DNA of 64,000 bases, taken from NCBI GenBank assembly GCA_013265495.1, contig MU058463.1:682001-746000 (forward strand). The letters are read 5' to 3'. Position 1 is the first letter of the stretch; each line of letters starts with the position of its first letter. The notes under the pieces were generated by a model. That model was not told the DNA's origin. It made no database searches and worked only from the letters and a program-made list of their open reading frames with translations. Source of the stretch: Vicugna vicugna. Taxonomy: Eukaryota. The position numbers were made by a program, and so were the translations under genes. Shown here in pieces: positions 1 to 13,479 of this stretch.

Positions 1-2204
1 ATAATATATAGGAGGAGGAATAACTGCAATAAAAATTACCATTTGGAGATGGGTAGAACAGAAAAATATACATCTCACTGTGGGAACAGTAAAGAGTAAC
101 CATCTATGTAGTGATATGAGCTGCTTGATTAGCCAAACTATATGTCCTTAGAGATACCCTATCTGAAGTTCCCTTATGTGAAGTGTCCTCCATGACCTTC
201 TTTTAGTCGTTTAAAAATACAGTACTTATGGTCACATTTACAAGGTCATTTTGTAGATCTGTATAACTTTATCAGCCAAATCTATGTTGACAGTAAGTCA
301 TATGTTTTAGTAATTATTGCTTTCTTGAAATTCTTTTGCTAATATGACCAGAATCTGACAGCAGAATCTTTAGATTAAAAGTAGGCATAGATTTTTATCC
401 TTTTGTATTTAGAATTGGTCTTGGTGCTTCAGTCATTTCTGTATCACTGAGCTAAACAGCTTCATATTTTGTTGAAATTTAACTTTCTTAGAGTGTGGGG
501 ACAGAGTTATTATATAGTTTATTATTTCCCTTAAGAAGTATATTTTTTCGGTGGAGAATTTTTAATCTGTGTTGCTTATGAGAGCCTTGGTATGTCAGGA
601 TCTTCCTGAATCTAATCTGCTAAAATTCTCACTTTGATGTCTCAGCTAGCACCAACTTCACATTCCATAATGCTTTCCTTCATCTGGATGAGCCTGGTAT
701 GGCCTCGCTCCATATACCAGTTAAAAAAGTGTGTTAGATTCTAATAGTACATGAGTGTTTGACTTTATTTAGATACTTCTTGAAAAACCAGTCATGCTCT
801 AAAACTCACCCCCATAAATCAATATGTAATATAAGTTGCAAGAAAATCTGTGACAGAAGAAGTTATTTTGAGATCCATGATATCTTAAAATCATACTAGT
901 TTTAAAAAATCTATTATGCTACCTCATAAGCTCAACCTTGTCATATGGAAAACTACTTTTGAAGTGGGTGAAAATATGTTCTCCAACTTTGGATAGGGCT
1001 AAAAGTTTAAGAAAATAAAGCCAGTTATTTTATGAACAGCTATTTTAGGACATAGATGTGGCTTTGGGATGAGAGGTGCATGAGTATAGAGGAGGTAAGT
1101 TCACTCAGAGAAGTCTTTTCCGTAGGTATTTTGATGGAGGTGCTGCTCCTTCACTGGAGAGGCTGCTTCACTGTAAGATTAAAGCCACAGTGGATCTTGA
1201 CTTTGTTTTTATGAAGTAAGCCAATGTATTGAGACTAATACACCCTGTAGTGAGACACTAAATATGTTTTAAAAGTCACAATCATAGTGGTTAGTTAGTC
1301 CCATTTTTATTATCAAGTTTATCTGCTGTTTCCTCTTTCACTTGCTCTTACTATGAGAGAGTAGAACAAGTCCTTTATTAGTCAGACACCCTCAAATTTG
1401 CCTATTAAATGCAATCTGATCATGGAGGGTTATAATAAGCAAAACAGCCTATCCAGAGAAACTTTCATAACTTCTTTCCCAGCTATAACTTACCTTCAAG
1501 TACAAATGACTTAATTTGTTTTTGTCCTGTGGGATGCAAGATAAATTATAAGATTGTCTTTCTTTTCACATTTTTTTTCTTTTGAGGGACCAGGTTTTTA
1601 TGGTAATATTTGGGAAGAAAAAAATTGAGGCCTTTTGTAGAAAAGATAATAATCCTTACAAGTAGAAAAATAATAGCCTATAATAGAAGTAGCTGATGTA
1701 GTCTTTGGTGTGGCTTTGAAACCTATTCCAAGTTGTACATTCAGGGGGGATTCTCAGAGCCATGTCACAGTGTTTTCTCATAAAGATGCTGCTCTTTCTC
1801 CTCCAGTCAGAAAGCATCTGGATAATATCCACACCAAATACTAAATAAGAAACATTGCAAAATATAAAATAAATTTTAAAAAAGGAAAGAAAACGTTGAA
1901 CCTTAGGTACTGAGCAAATGCCAGGTCTTGCAAACATAATGCTAGTCCTAGATTATTGATTTAAAAACAACAAAAAAACTACAAAACAGTAAAACATAAA
2001 AACAACTTAATGTTTTATAGATTTTGGGAAAAAGAATTTTCAGCAAAGTACAAAAATTTAAATCACTTCTTTCATTAATTTTGTAATTATTTACTGTGAA
2101 GAAGCTCAGAATGTCCTTTCTGTTTTAAATACCAAAGTTGATAACTGAGCAAGGAAATGTAATTTGGATTATAAAATTTTTACTTTAATAAAAATACCTT
2201 AAAC

Positions 2205-2894
2205 TGTGGAAAAAAATAAAAAGGTAAGGTGGCCAGTTCCTATTTTAAAAGGCAGTGTGCGATGTTTCAGACCTGACCATAGGCAATGACAAAGGGTCCA
2301 GCTGACAGTCCTCATGGAAGGCTGCAGACCACACCAGGCTTGGTGCAGGACCAGTGCAATCAGTCTCTGAAGAGTTGCAGATCTACACAAGCCCCCCCGG
2401 GCCAGTCATGTTCTTTCACCTGTTTACATTCTTAGCCTAGGCAACTTATTCCTCAGTCTCTGTAGATGAGGCTGTGGGCCGAGGTCATCTTCAGGCACCT
2501 CTGCAGAGTCCTTCTTATGGGGGCAGAAAAGAGAAACCTTGAAGTCAGTTTATATCACTCCAGCTCAGAACCCACTATTTTTAGACCCCAACCCTCCCTC
2601 CTTGTATCACACAAACCCCAGGGTCTATAAAATTGCCAGAGTCTTTTGTTCTGGGGCCCCTCAACAGATAGAAGGACCAATATGTCTGTGCTGATTCATC
2701 TGATCCTTGATCCATGTGCCCAAATCCATGGGGGAACAGAGTCAGCATTTTCTCCAGTTTTAGATTCTTGGTTATATATCACAGTAAGTGATTAATGGCT
2801 TAATTCTTATTTCTGGCTTGTGATTTTATTTGGCTTCTCTGACACTTAATGATAGCTCAGCTTGCTCTCTCCTAACTCAGCTGAGCTCCTGACT
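2205..2894 (+). mobile_element. Solo LTR, probably ERVL class (subfamily uncertain)
   Basis: GC-richer ~690 bp block starting TGTGG and ending CTCCTGAC(T). It has TATAAAA at 2626-2632 and an AGTAAGTGATTAATGGCTT segment resembling the polyA region of old ERVL LTRs. No clear TSD. Confidence 0.55.
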
Positions 2895-3936
2895 GTATGA
2901 AAATTACCAAAAAAAGGAAGCTATTAATGCAGAACTGTGCATCGCTAGCTATGATCTGATATCAGCACATTGGGTAGCCCAGATTCTGCCTCTCAACACT
3001 CATGAAACAAGTGTCTGAATATTGAGACATCCAGTAATGCTGATGCTGAAACTCCCAAAATATAAACACTGCGGGGAAGTTGAAACAAAATCATGCCTCA
3101 TGTTTGCTTTCCAGATCTTGTGGATGCATCTGTGTCTGAGCCTCAATCACACCACAGTCCTAACTCTAAAGTAGTCTTGAAAATGTAGTTTTGAACGGAC
3201 CAGGCTTTAAATTACAGGGAGGAACATTAGTGAGAGAATGGAAGATACTACAAAAACTGTCCACCATGTCTACCACAGTCCAAGTGTTTGCTAACAACAT
3301 CTGTACACAAATATTTTTCACATTTAAACTTCCAAATAACATAATCTGGCTAAACAATGGAATTCTCTCCAAAGAAATGAAATTGCAATCAACATTTCAA
3401 CCCTGAGTGATGATTATTTGTCATTTAACTCAGTTAATATCCCATCCAGACAAAACTATACTGTAGATAATTTATAAAGTGAAAACCTATAATACAACAT
3501 ACATTGCACAACATTGTAATGGAAAGTGAAAGAGAAATTAAAGAAAAATATAAATAACTAAACAGATAATCCACTTCTCATTTCTGCATATGAACATATA
3601 GCCAAATTAGGCAATATTGGCTTTTACAGTTTCTTTTCTTTTCCCACCAGTCTAATGTTCCGCTCTCTCTCAGACAGTAATTGGCAGCTGATTAGTCATC
3701 TGATAGGGTTGCAAAGACTTTGGCCTTAAGTATTCCTCTAAAATTCAATTCAGGTACTTTTCATTGACATTTTCCTGACTGTGGAAAAGACAGCATCTTA
3801 TCCCTTTACTTAAGACATATACCTAATCCTGTAGGACAGAACCTAAAAATTGTAGGATGAGGTCTTTGCTGGAGTCTCACATGAGCTTCATGAGGCTTCT
3901 TTGTCATGTTTCAAACTGGTGCTTTACCGCGCACTC

Positions 3937-3953
3937 TGTGTGTGTGTGTGTGT
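3937..3953. repeat. (TG)n microsatellite
   Basis: Direct read, about 8 units. Confidence 0.95.
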
Positions 3954-3954
3954 A

Positions 3955-4940
3955 TTTCAGTTTTGTTTCCATTTATTTCTTTTGCAGAGTTTCTGTATTT
4001 CTCATGAAATTCCCAACTCTTTACCCATTATATTCATCTTGATAGTAAAAATTTAAAACCTATTTTTAATAATTACTTTAAAGTATAGTTTTATTGTTAA
4101 TTTCAATATATATGTCATTATTTGGTCTACTTCTACTAATTGTTTTTCTCTATTTATCATGGGTTGTATTTCCTACTCTTTGGAAATCATGTATTTTTAA
4201 ATGTGTATATTCATAGGATGTATAATTAGAAGTTTGTAGTCTGTTATTTGGATTGAAAAATATTGAATTTGTTCAGGCAGACTTAATTTTCTAGTACATC
4301 AACTTGATGCTGTGAGGTTTCTGTTTTAGGCATTGTTCAAAAGTAGGTCCTTTTGAAATTGCACCTTGTACCTAGCGTGCAACTCTTAGTTCTGTGACAT
4401 GTTTCTAACTCTTAAAGTTGGATTGTCTCCAATTTCAATAAGAAGTTCAAGGTTAAAGCCCTCTAAATTGTCATTAAATGAAATCCATACTCTGTCTCAC
4501 CGGCATTGGGAAGATACTAAAATTGAAAGCACTTTGAGCGTTCAGTGTGATAATTTCTACTGTGTTCCTTGGAGTCTTACTTTGTAAATGTATAGTTTAA
4601 AAATTAGTATTATTTGAATTGAGTTTGACACTTTTTCAGCTCTGAATGGCTTCCTCCTTCCTCGAATCTCCCCTTTGATTCACAGCAGCTTTTTCAGTTC
4701 TAATTCCAAACTCTGAATTCTCAGTCCAGTGACATTACATCTATTCTTTGTGTCCTACACTCCACGTGAATTGGGGACTACCCTGAGGTAACATGATAGT
4801 TAAATGTGGAGTCCATCTAGCTTTCTCTCCTCATTTTACATGATATAACCCCTCCGGTTTCTACCTGTTTTTGTTTGCTTTCTTATGCATTTGTTTAATT
4901 TATATTTAAGCCCAGACTTTATGTGTTGTCAACAGAAAAG
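3955..4940 (-). mobile_element. Old L1M fragment (ORF1/5' region, antisense)
   Basis: T-rich text such as TTTCCATTTATTTCTTTTGCAGAGTTTCTGTATTTCTCATGAAATTCCC, typical of antisense L1M ORF1/5'UTR. Highly diverged. Confidence 0.5.
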
Positions 4941-5884
4941 ATAGTTTGGTATAAACTTTTTTCTCTGTCTTTAAAAAGAAAACAAAATTTTCGTCTTGTA
5001 ATAACTTCAGAAATATATCATTAATGATCTTTGTCAATGTTTCAGCTATTATAGTCATGAAAAAATATAAAGATGATAAAATGTGGATGTAGATGAAATA
5101 TATGAAAATATTGGGCATCCCTTTCAAAGAAGAATCTTCAGATGTCTGAACTCTGCATATTAACATAATTTATCTTCTACCTTTAAAAGCTATAAATTAT
5201 ACTTTGATGTATATAAAAATAGGCATTTATTTTGCTTACTTAATATATATATGTGAATTTTTATAATGATAAATGTTTTCTTTTCAAAAAGGAAGCATTC
5301 TACTATTAATAAAATGTTATATGAACTGTAACATGATAAAATAAATTTTAATTTTTTTGGAAACAGCAACATAGAAAGGCAAATAGATTTGTAGTCATCA
5401 CTCATTAGATGTTAAAGTTTTGTATAGTTATCATATCTCACTGAATTTCATTTTCTTCTTCTATAAAATGGAAGTGTTCTTAGGATTATTGTGAGTCTGT
5501 ACTAGGATATTAAATGTCTTTTATATTTCCCATCACAAAGGATGTTCTTAATAAATATATTTTTCAACCTTTCCCTAATTAAGTCAGAATCATTGCAGGA
5601 ATATACACAATTACACTCCATGACTAAAAATGCATATGTTTATGTGTGTTTAGAAATAATCACTCTGTAATTCTTGCTTGAATTTTGAAAACCATGTTTT
5701 CTTTTTTTAAACTACAGTTTTATCTCTTTATTTGAAAATATAAAATGAGTTGTTTCTTTTAATTATAGAGACTCATTTATTCAATCTTTCATTGCATATT
5801 GGTTGAACACCTACTATTTTTTTCAATGCACTTTAATTAAACAGAATTTAACAAGCCAACTTTTCCTAAACAGAACTTTAAAAA

Positions 5885-5974
5885 AATTTTTAATTGAAGT
5901 ACATTCAGTTGCATTGTGTCAATTTCTGATGTACTGCACAATGTCCCAGTCATGCATACACATAAATATATTCA
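5885..5974 (-). mobile_element. Short L1 3' end (cetartiodactyl/camelid type)
   Basis: TTTTTAATTGAAGTACATTCAGTTGCATTGTGTCAATTTCTGATGTAC... is homologous to the L1 3' ends at 37545, 41920 and 58530 in this window. Confidence 0.7.
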
Positions 5975-7029
5975 TTGAAAACCATATTTTCTATCAGTTA
6001 ATGTGGCACTGTTCAATCCTTAGTAATTATCTGAATTCTTATTTTGTTTTCAGATAAGAATCTGTATATGACTAGTACATAAACAAACTGACATCAGCCA
6101 GATTTTTAAAAATTGTTCACTTAAGAATCTTTTCTTCATCATAATATTCCTTATGAAAAATACATTAGTCATTAAAATAATTGACTGTTGAGAAATAAAT
6201 GTGTTCTCAATTGTTCTATCATAAAGTTTTGATCCATTTTATTATCTATAAATATTTAAATTTCTAGTGACCTCTTTCTCCCAATGATTCATTTTTTATC
6301 CATTATAAAGTTGTCTATTATCTATCATTGTGAAACAAATATGCATGCTTGTTTCAAGCGTTAACCAAGAGTAAACTTGTACCAATCAATAATCATCATA
6401 TTAGTCATTGTCCAAGAAGAGCAATATTAAATTTAAGAGCAGGGCAATTTATTTGAAAAAGCCTGAAAATATGATTTCACTAGCACTGATTCTGCTTCTG
6501 GTTTTACTGTCAATTCAATAGAAAAAATACTGAATTTATCAAAATCTCTTTTTAAAAGATTAAGAAACATACTTAGTGAAATTAAGTGACTGTGACTTGC
6601 TCAATAGGAAGTTGCAGAATCAGGATTTAAATCCAAACTACAAAGTTTGATTTTTAAAAATGTCTTTTTAAAAGTATATAATAAGCCAACAAATAAAAAT
6701 AATAACTTCCTTCAAGCTCATGCATCCATCTAGATATTGTCCAAATTTCCAAAGCAAAGGATATCAAACAGGTCTAAATTTCATTCTTTCTTATTCTATC
6801 TTCCAATTCATTTTTCAATCTGCCACAGTTTTCCAGTTATACATCTCCAAGATTATTAATCTCTTCAGTTCTAATTGTTAATCCATGTTATATTTAAGAT
6901 GTTTTTAATCTGTTAAAAAAAATTATCTGCATAAGTTATCGGCATCACTCATTGGAGTTTATACTAATTGTTATTTATTTTATTCTTTTATTTTTTTCTT
7001 TTCATTTTTACTCCCTTTCTACACTCTTC

Positions 7030-7415
7030 ACTCCTACTTAACAAGGAGTCTGGAGGCAGGTTGCTGCTGTTATAAGTGAAGCAATGCAATGTCAAAGCTA
7101 GGCTCTGTCAATATCTTGACTTGTTCCTCCAGACCAAATGCTGGCTTCCACAGTTCCAGGTACCAAATCAGTCTTGAACTTCAGAGTGGGTCACATTAAG
7201 TCTATATATTATTCCTTTATTTAAGAATAATAAAACTTTCCAGACAATTTTCTCTTATATCTTGTTGACTGAATCTGAGTTATATGCTCATTGATTGCTT
7301 CCATGGAGAACAGCAGGATTCTAATTTTCCCTACATTCTCAAACTGAGATTCCTTTGTCAAAGAACAAGGTATATAAATCTTATCAGGTAGACAATTAAC
7401 AGAGTTTTCCCCAGT
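7030..7415 (-). mobile_element. Old MaLR (MLT1-like) LTR fragment
   Basis: AGGAGTCTGGAGGCAGG... and ...GGTAGACAATTAACAG resemble antisense old MLT1 LTRs. Very diverged. Confidence 0.35.
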
Positions 7416-7782
7416 ATAGAAATTATTTCCAGAATTTATTTTATTAGACCTTTCTGAAGCATTTATTTAGTTTAACTCATTGAAATTTTCCTTTTCTATA
7501 GTCTGTGATCCCAGATGCTCTTTCCTTCCACTTCTCTGGTTGTTCTTTATAATTAGTTTTGGATTCTTATTTCCAACCTAAATCTAGTGTTTTTCCCCTC
7601 AAAATTAAATCCTGAACTCTTCTCTCACTTTTCATGTATGACATGAGTTCCAATGGTTTCAGTTGCCTATGCTAAATTTCTGCTATTTTTATTTCCAGTC
7701 CACTCTCTTCCATTTATTACTTCCCTTAGACCCTGGCAAGAGCATCTGCTGACATGGGCCCCAAGCTGAGGATGGCCACCTA

Positions 7783-7828
7783 TCTCTCTCTCTCTCTCTC
7801 ACACACACACATACAGACACACACACAC
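7783..7828. repeat. Compound (CT)n(CA)n microsatellite
   Basis: Direct read. Confidence 0.95.
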
Positions 7829-7882
7829 TACAGGGTCAGGAGTAAAGAGAACAAAACATTTCTTTATATTGCTTGCCTTTAG

Positions 7883-7992
7883 GTCCTAGAAACAAATGCT
7901 GCCTGCTTCAGAATGTGGTAAGGAAAATTAGGGTGTGCCACTGCCAATACTGGAGAGAAGAGACTGCTTCAGAGTTCAGGGAGAATTGAATT
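7883..7992 (+). repeat. Local duplication, copy 1 (pairs with 9098-9200)
   Basis: GTCCTAGAAACAAATG...AAAATTAGGGTGTGCCACTGCCAATACTGGAGAG...GTTCAGGGAGAATT occurs twice in direct orientation. Confidence 0.92.
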
Positions 7993-9097
7993 GGCAGAAG
8001 TGAAAAGACACTTTGTTTACTTTCTCAAATCTTTCCTCAGGCTGTGTGAATTCAATGATTCTTGCATCAACAAAGTATTGTTTTCCAATAGCAGCAAGTA
8101 TCAATTTTATTGCTTTCTTATATGTTTCACATCTTGGTTCCAGGGCATTCAATTTGCATGACACTTGCAACCATTGAACATGATGTCTGAGAAAGATTCT
8201 AAAATATTAAATAATCAATATCACTATAGCTAGCTAGTTAGCAAGATAGATTAGTATATGTGAAGAGTGATAGCAATTCTTTTTTTGCCAATTGGATGAT
8301 AAATACTAGAAATGTGGGTAATTTTATATTCAATAAATCTGTAGTACACTACATTCACATTTTTCATATAAGTAACTAGAATTTTAATGTTATTTAATTG
8401 ACTTAAAAAGATTGTCTTTGGGCTGTTAGATAGTCATGAACAAAATGAGTTTTTTAGCAGTGACCAAATTTTGGCTAAAAGTCCAGAAATTTTTTTTTTA
8501 ATTGGCAGCAATGGCTTATATTTGTCACTATGAAACATAAGATCAACCAATAGCCATTATAATTTTTACATCCTTTCAAAGATAACGTAAGATATCTTCT
8601 GGACTTGTCCTTATTTGTAATATCTTTATGGTCACATTATATCTTAACCTATAGTCATTCTCAAACACTCAGTGAGGATGCTGATTAATTATTGTTGATG
8701 CAATAATGTTTACTCTAAACAGAAGCTAGATAAATTAAGAAAAATAAAGGTGCCCTTCATATGTAGAGGTAAATGTAAGAATTTCAAATATACTTGCTTT
8801 GGATATACAATACCTACAGTTAAGTAACTGTGATGTAGATTTAAACTATGCATATAAAATATTTATACATATTACATATATATGCTGATAATGTTGAAAT
8901 AGCTTAAAATAAGTGATCAAATTTAGCTGTTTTAATTTTAAATATTTTTGTCAATATTTAGAAATTATATTTTTTCCAAATCAAAGAGCTGCATACAATA
9001 AAATAAATTTAAAAATTTAAAAAAACAGAACAAGGAAACAAAATTGGTGGTGAGGGAGAAAATAAATTTTAAATAATCTACAACTGCACATCCATAA

Positions 9098-9200
9098 GTC
9101 CTAGAAACAAATGTGCTGCTTAAGAATGTGGTGAAGAAAATTAGGGTGTGCCACTGCCAATACTGGAGAGACTGCTTCATTGTTCAGGGAGAATTTAATT
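9098..9200 (+). repeat. Local duplication, copy 2
   Basis: Aligns to 7883-7992 with a few substitutions and small indels. Confidence 0.92.
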
Positions 9201-9571
9201 TTAAATAATTAAATTACAGCTGAAAATATTTTAATCATTATAGATCAGGGTAATATCTCAACTGGCAAAGTATTTGATTAAGTTGAGAAGTGTTTAAATA
9301 AATTGCACAATACACTGCTAATTTTATTCATGCTAGAATAGCATTTAAAATTTATAGAAGATAAATACAAGGGATACTATATACATCTAAATATTGCTTC
9401 AAGATTGTAAAATCACAATTTATGTGATAGACAATGATAAGATGAAATTGAAACTAAATTTCTATAGCAAGGATATTTCATATGTTCCCATCGTAATGTT
9501 TGAATCTGATATATAGAATGAATGGTTCATTTCTGAATCTAAAATTTCAACAGATGTTTTCACATGCAAGT

Positions 9572-11124
9572 ATACATGAAACTATAGCAGTTAAAATGGT
9601 ATGGTACTGACATTAAAACAGGCACATAGGCCAATGGAATAGAATTCAGAGCCCAGAAATAAATCCATGTATATACAGTAAACTGACATTTGAAAAGGGA
9701 ATCAAGAATAGCCAATGGAGAGTGGATTGTTTCATCAATAAATGGTGTCGGTAAAACTGGATATTCACACACAAAAGAAGGAAATTGCGCTATATTACAT
9801 TAATTACAGAAATTAACTCAAAATGGGTCAAAGACCTAAAAATAAGACCTGAAACCAAAAAACTCCTAGAAAAAAACAAAAAGAAAAAGCTTCTTCACAT
9901 TGATCTTGGCAGTGCTTTTATGGATATGACACTAAAAGCTCAAGCAACAAAAACAAAAATTAACAAGCGGGACTGTGTCAAACTAAAAAGCTTCCGCACA
10001 GCAAAAGAAATAATCAACAAAATGAAAAGACATCCTATAGCATGGGGGAAAATATTTGCAAACCATATATATCTGGTAAGAGGTTAATTTCCAAACTATA
10101 TAAGAAATCATACAACTCAATAGCAAAAACAAATACCCAGATTTAAAAATGGGCAGAGGATCTAGACAGATTTTTTTTCCAAAGAAGTTATGCAAATGTT
10201 GAACAAGTTGTGAAAAGTTTCCTCGAGCACTCTAATCATCAGAAAAATGCAAATGAAAATCAAATTGAGATATCATCTTACACCTGTTAGAATAGTTATA
10301 ATCAGAAGGACAAGAGATCACAAATATTGGTGAGGATATGATAAAAAGGGAATCCTTATGCATTGTTGGTAAAATTGTAAATTTGTGTAGCCACTATGAA
10401 AAACAGTATAGACGTTCCTCAAAGTGTTAAAAATAAGACTGCCATATGACCCAGCAATGCCACTTCTGAGTATATATTGAAAGGGAATGAAAACAGAATC
10501 TCAAAAGAGGTATCTGCACTTCCACATTGACTGCAACTTTGTTTACAATAGTCAAGATATCGAAACAACCTAACTGTCAATGAGTGAACAGATAAAGAAG
10601 ATGTGAAATATATATATTTACAATGGAGTATTATTCAGCCATATGAATGAAGGAAATCCTGCCATTTGTGACATGAATGGATCCTGAGGGTATTATTCTA
10701 AGTGAAATAAGTCAGACACAGAAAGACAAATAGTTTATGATCCCACTTATATATGGAATCTAAAAAAAAATAAACCCATAGAAACAGAGTTGATTGGTGA
10801 TTATCAAAGGATGGGGGTTGGGGAAAATGGATGAAGATGGTCAAAGAGTAAAAACTTCCAGTTATAAAATAAATAAGTTCTTAGAGTCTAATGTATGGCA
10901 TGCCAACTATAGTTAACAACACTGTATTATATATTTTAGAGTTATCTTAAATGTTCTAACCACACACACACACAAATGGTAACTATGTGAGATGATGGAA
11001 TATGCTAACTAACCTTATTATGGCAATAATTTTGTAACATACGTGTATGTCAAATCAGCACACTGTGCACCTGAAACATACACAATGCTGTAAGTCAATA
11101 ATACCTCGATGAAGTTGGAAAAAA
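9572..11124 (+). mobile_element. 5'-truncated L1 (ORF2 C-terminus + 3'UTR, L1MA9-like)
   Basis: ORF 9785-10087 (INSKWVKDLKIRPET...KLKSFRTAKEII...WGKIFANH) is an L1 ORF2p remnant. It ends with an L1MA-type GTCAATAATACCTCGATGAAGTTGGAAAAAA. Confidence 0.9.
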
Positions 11125-11339
11125 TCTTTTTGGCTTCACAATTTTGCTTGCTTTTGGTTATATAACCAAAGCTCACAACATAGTCTTTCTATTTTTCTAT
11201 TGTGAAGGCATGGTTGTCAAGGAAGGATGATAAAACATATGTTATTTAATTGTTTGTTAGTTTAATTTGTAAAATTTAAATAGTTACAATGTTATATTTT
11301 AACCTCTTTTTGGATCCTTGACCCAGATGAAAGTATAGA

Positions 11340-11985
11340 GATACATAAATGTTGCCTGAAGGATGTCCCTCTTATGACACATGTAAAACTGACTTTATAT
11401 TCTTCCTTTCCAGACTTGCTTTTCCTCTTGTGTATCTTAGCTCAATGAATGGGGCCATGATTCACCTACCTGACTGAATCTGAAACACTGGATTCATTTA
11501 TTGATGTCCTCTCACTGATTCAAAGGTTTTCCCTTCTCACTTTCCTATATCTTAATTTTTTTTTATTTTTCATTTGATCACTTCCATTTGCACAAAAGCA
11601 TCGTATTCTTTCTCATATTTTACTGAAAAGAAACCTTTCTCTTGACTGCACTTCCTTTTTAAACTTTTTTTTTCATTTTCATTACTTTACTCTCCAATGC
11701 AATAAATTCTCCTGAAAGAGTCATTTATCTTTCTTGACGCAAATTCTTCTCCTCCAAACACCTTTTAACCTTATCACCATTTACTTGTTCTTGCTTTTTG
11801 TTTCTGTACTGGTTATTACTTTCAAATATGCTGTACATTTCTATTATGTTGATTGATAAAATATAATTTCCATGGTGTCAGAAATACTTTCTCTCTCTTG
11901 TTCACTGATGGTCACCAAGGGTCTATGAAGTTGACCAGCATAAGGTAGGTGCTCAATAGATATCTGTTGAAAGAATTGATGAAAG
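11340..11985 (+). mobile_element. L2 fragments including 3' end
   Basis: ...TTGTTCACTGATG...GTAGGTGCTCAATAGATATCTGTTGAAAGAATTGATGAA is the typical L2 3' terminus. Confidence 0.55.
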
Positions 11986-12543
11986 AATTCTTGACTTCCT
12001 TTAGCATCTTCATGTACTTAGTAGCCAATACTATACGCTTCATATTTCTGGATTTACTCCACTGTATTATCTTGGCAACTTTTACGTCAATCTATTATTA
12101 CTCCAAAATAGAAGATTTTTTTAAAAATCATTCCTTATTTAAAACTAAGCTGTAACGCTATTTTTTCACGAGGCCTTTTCATTTCACAATCACAATTAAA
12201 AGTTCTTTTCTCTATCTCCTAGGATATCTTGCTTATGTTCCTGAATCTCTAAATGCTACTTAGTGTTGATGGTTTTTCATCCCTTCACTTTGCTATCTCC
12301 ACCACATTTTTCTATTTGGTAAATGAGGAAAAACTGGACTATATTTAATACTAAAAGCAGGACTTGATCTTTATCTTACTAATAGAAATTGAAAAAAATA
12401 CACTTTTTCAGAAATATATTAGCCCTGGTAAGTTAGTAAAATTCTCTAATCCTAAATAGACATTCATGAGGCTAGTCTTGGTCATTTTTAGAAGTACAAA
12501 AGTAAAAAAAACATGAAAAGTTTTTAGGCATAAAATTTAATTA

Positions 12544-12588
12544 TTTAATTTAATTTAATTTAATTTAATTTAATTTAATTTAATTTAA
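12544..12588. repeat. (TTTAA)9 pentanucleotide repeat
   Basis: Direct read. Confidence 0.95.
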
Positions 12589-12744
12589 AATATATATGGA
12601 GAGGCAAACAGCTTGGAAAGCAGTAGATATCTGACAAGATAAACTCTTGGAGAGAGTCAGCATGGGATTTTCCTCAGTGGATTAGAGTTTAGCTCTCCTC
12701 TGGTTTTAATAGCCAGCCTTTGGCTATTTTATCTTATTAATGAA

Positions 12745-12760
12745 TCTATCTTATCTATCT

Positions 12761-12815
<55 letters not shown>

Positions 12816-12823
12816 CTATCTAT
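12745..12823. repeat. (TATC)n / GATA tetranucleotide repeat
   Basis: About 13 perfect units at 12762-12815 with degenerate flanks. Confidence 0.95.
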
Positions 12824-13479
12824 AGCTGAAGAACAATGATTACTAAGTTATTAATGGAATACACTCTGTCTAGAACATTTAAAATCCTGAATTATGTCCA
12901 AATCAGAAATTCTCCCACTCTCATCACAGTAAACTTACTGTAACTTGGGAAACTTGGACTTTGGAGAGAGATATAAACTGATCTTGCCTCCTTTGCACCC
13001 TCACCCTTTTGAGATTAAGTGTTCCAAGATTGGAAAAGGGAGGATAAAGAAGGAAGGCAAATCATTTTATGTTCCTGACACTATGTTTGCAATGGGAGAT
13101 TCCCCTGATATGCCCCTGTTAGACCTGATAATATATGATCAAGGTCAGTCCTGTTGCTAAACCAACTTACAAAGCAAATTCCACTACAAGTGGTAAATTC
13201 AATAGTTCTCTGCATAGAGTGGAAAGGAATGAAGGACTCCTCTATATCCACCTAAGGATCAGAGTATTAGGGTAAGGTAGAAGTTACATCCATCTTTTCC
13301 CCACATATTATCCAGTGCGTCCTTTCAAGCCTCTTACCATAAATACTTCTCTTCGGGCTAAAATGGGTGCATATTCCTCCACATTCCATAGAAGACATCA
13401 ATATCTCCAGAGGAGAGACTGAAAGTCTTTTTAGAACAAATTCCAAACATCATGACAGTGTACCATACTACATCAACAA

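Noticed and set aside
7976..8170. Protein-like 64-aa minus-strand ORF (QVSCKLNALEPRCETYKK...)
   Set aside because: No recognisable homology, non-ATG start and no clear splice context.
9785..10087. 100-aa ORF as a gene
   Set aside because: L1 ORF2 fragment in a truncated element. The same applies to 17150, 20142, 44219 and 58668.
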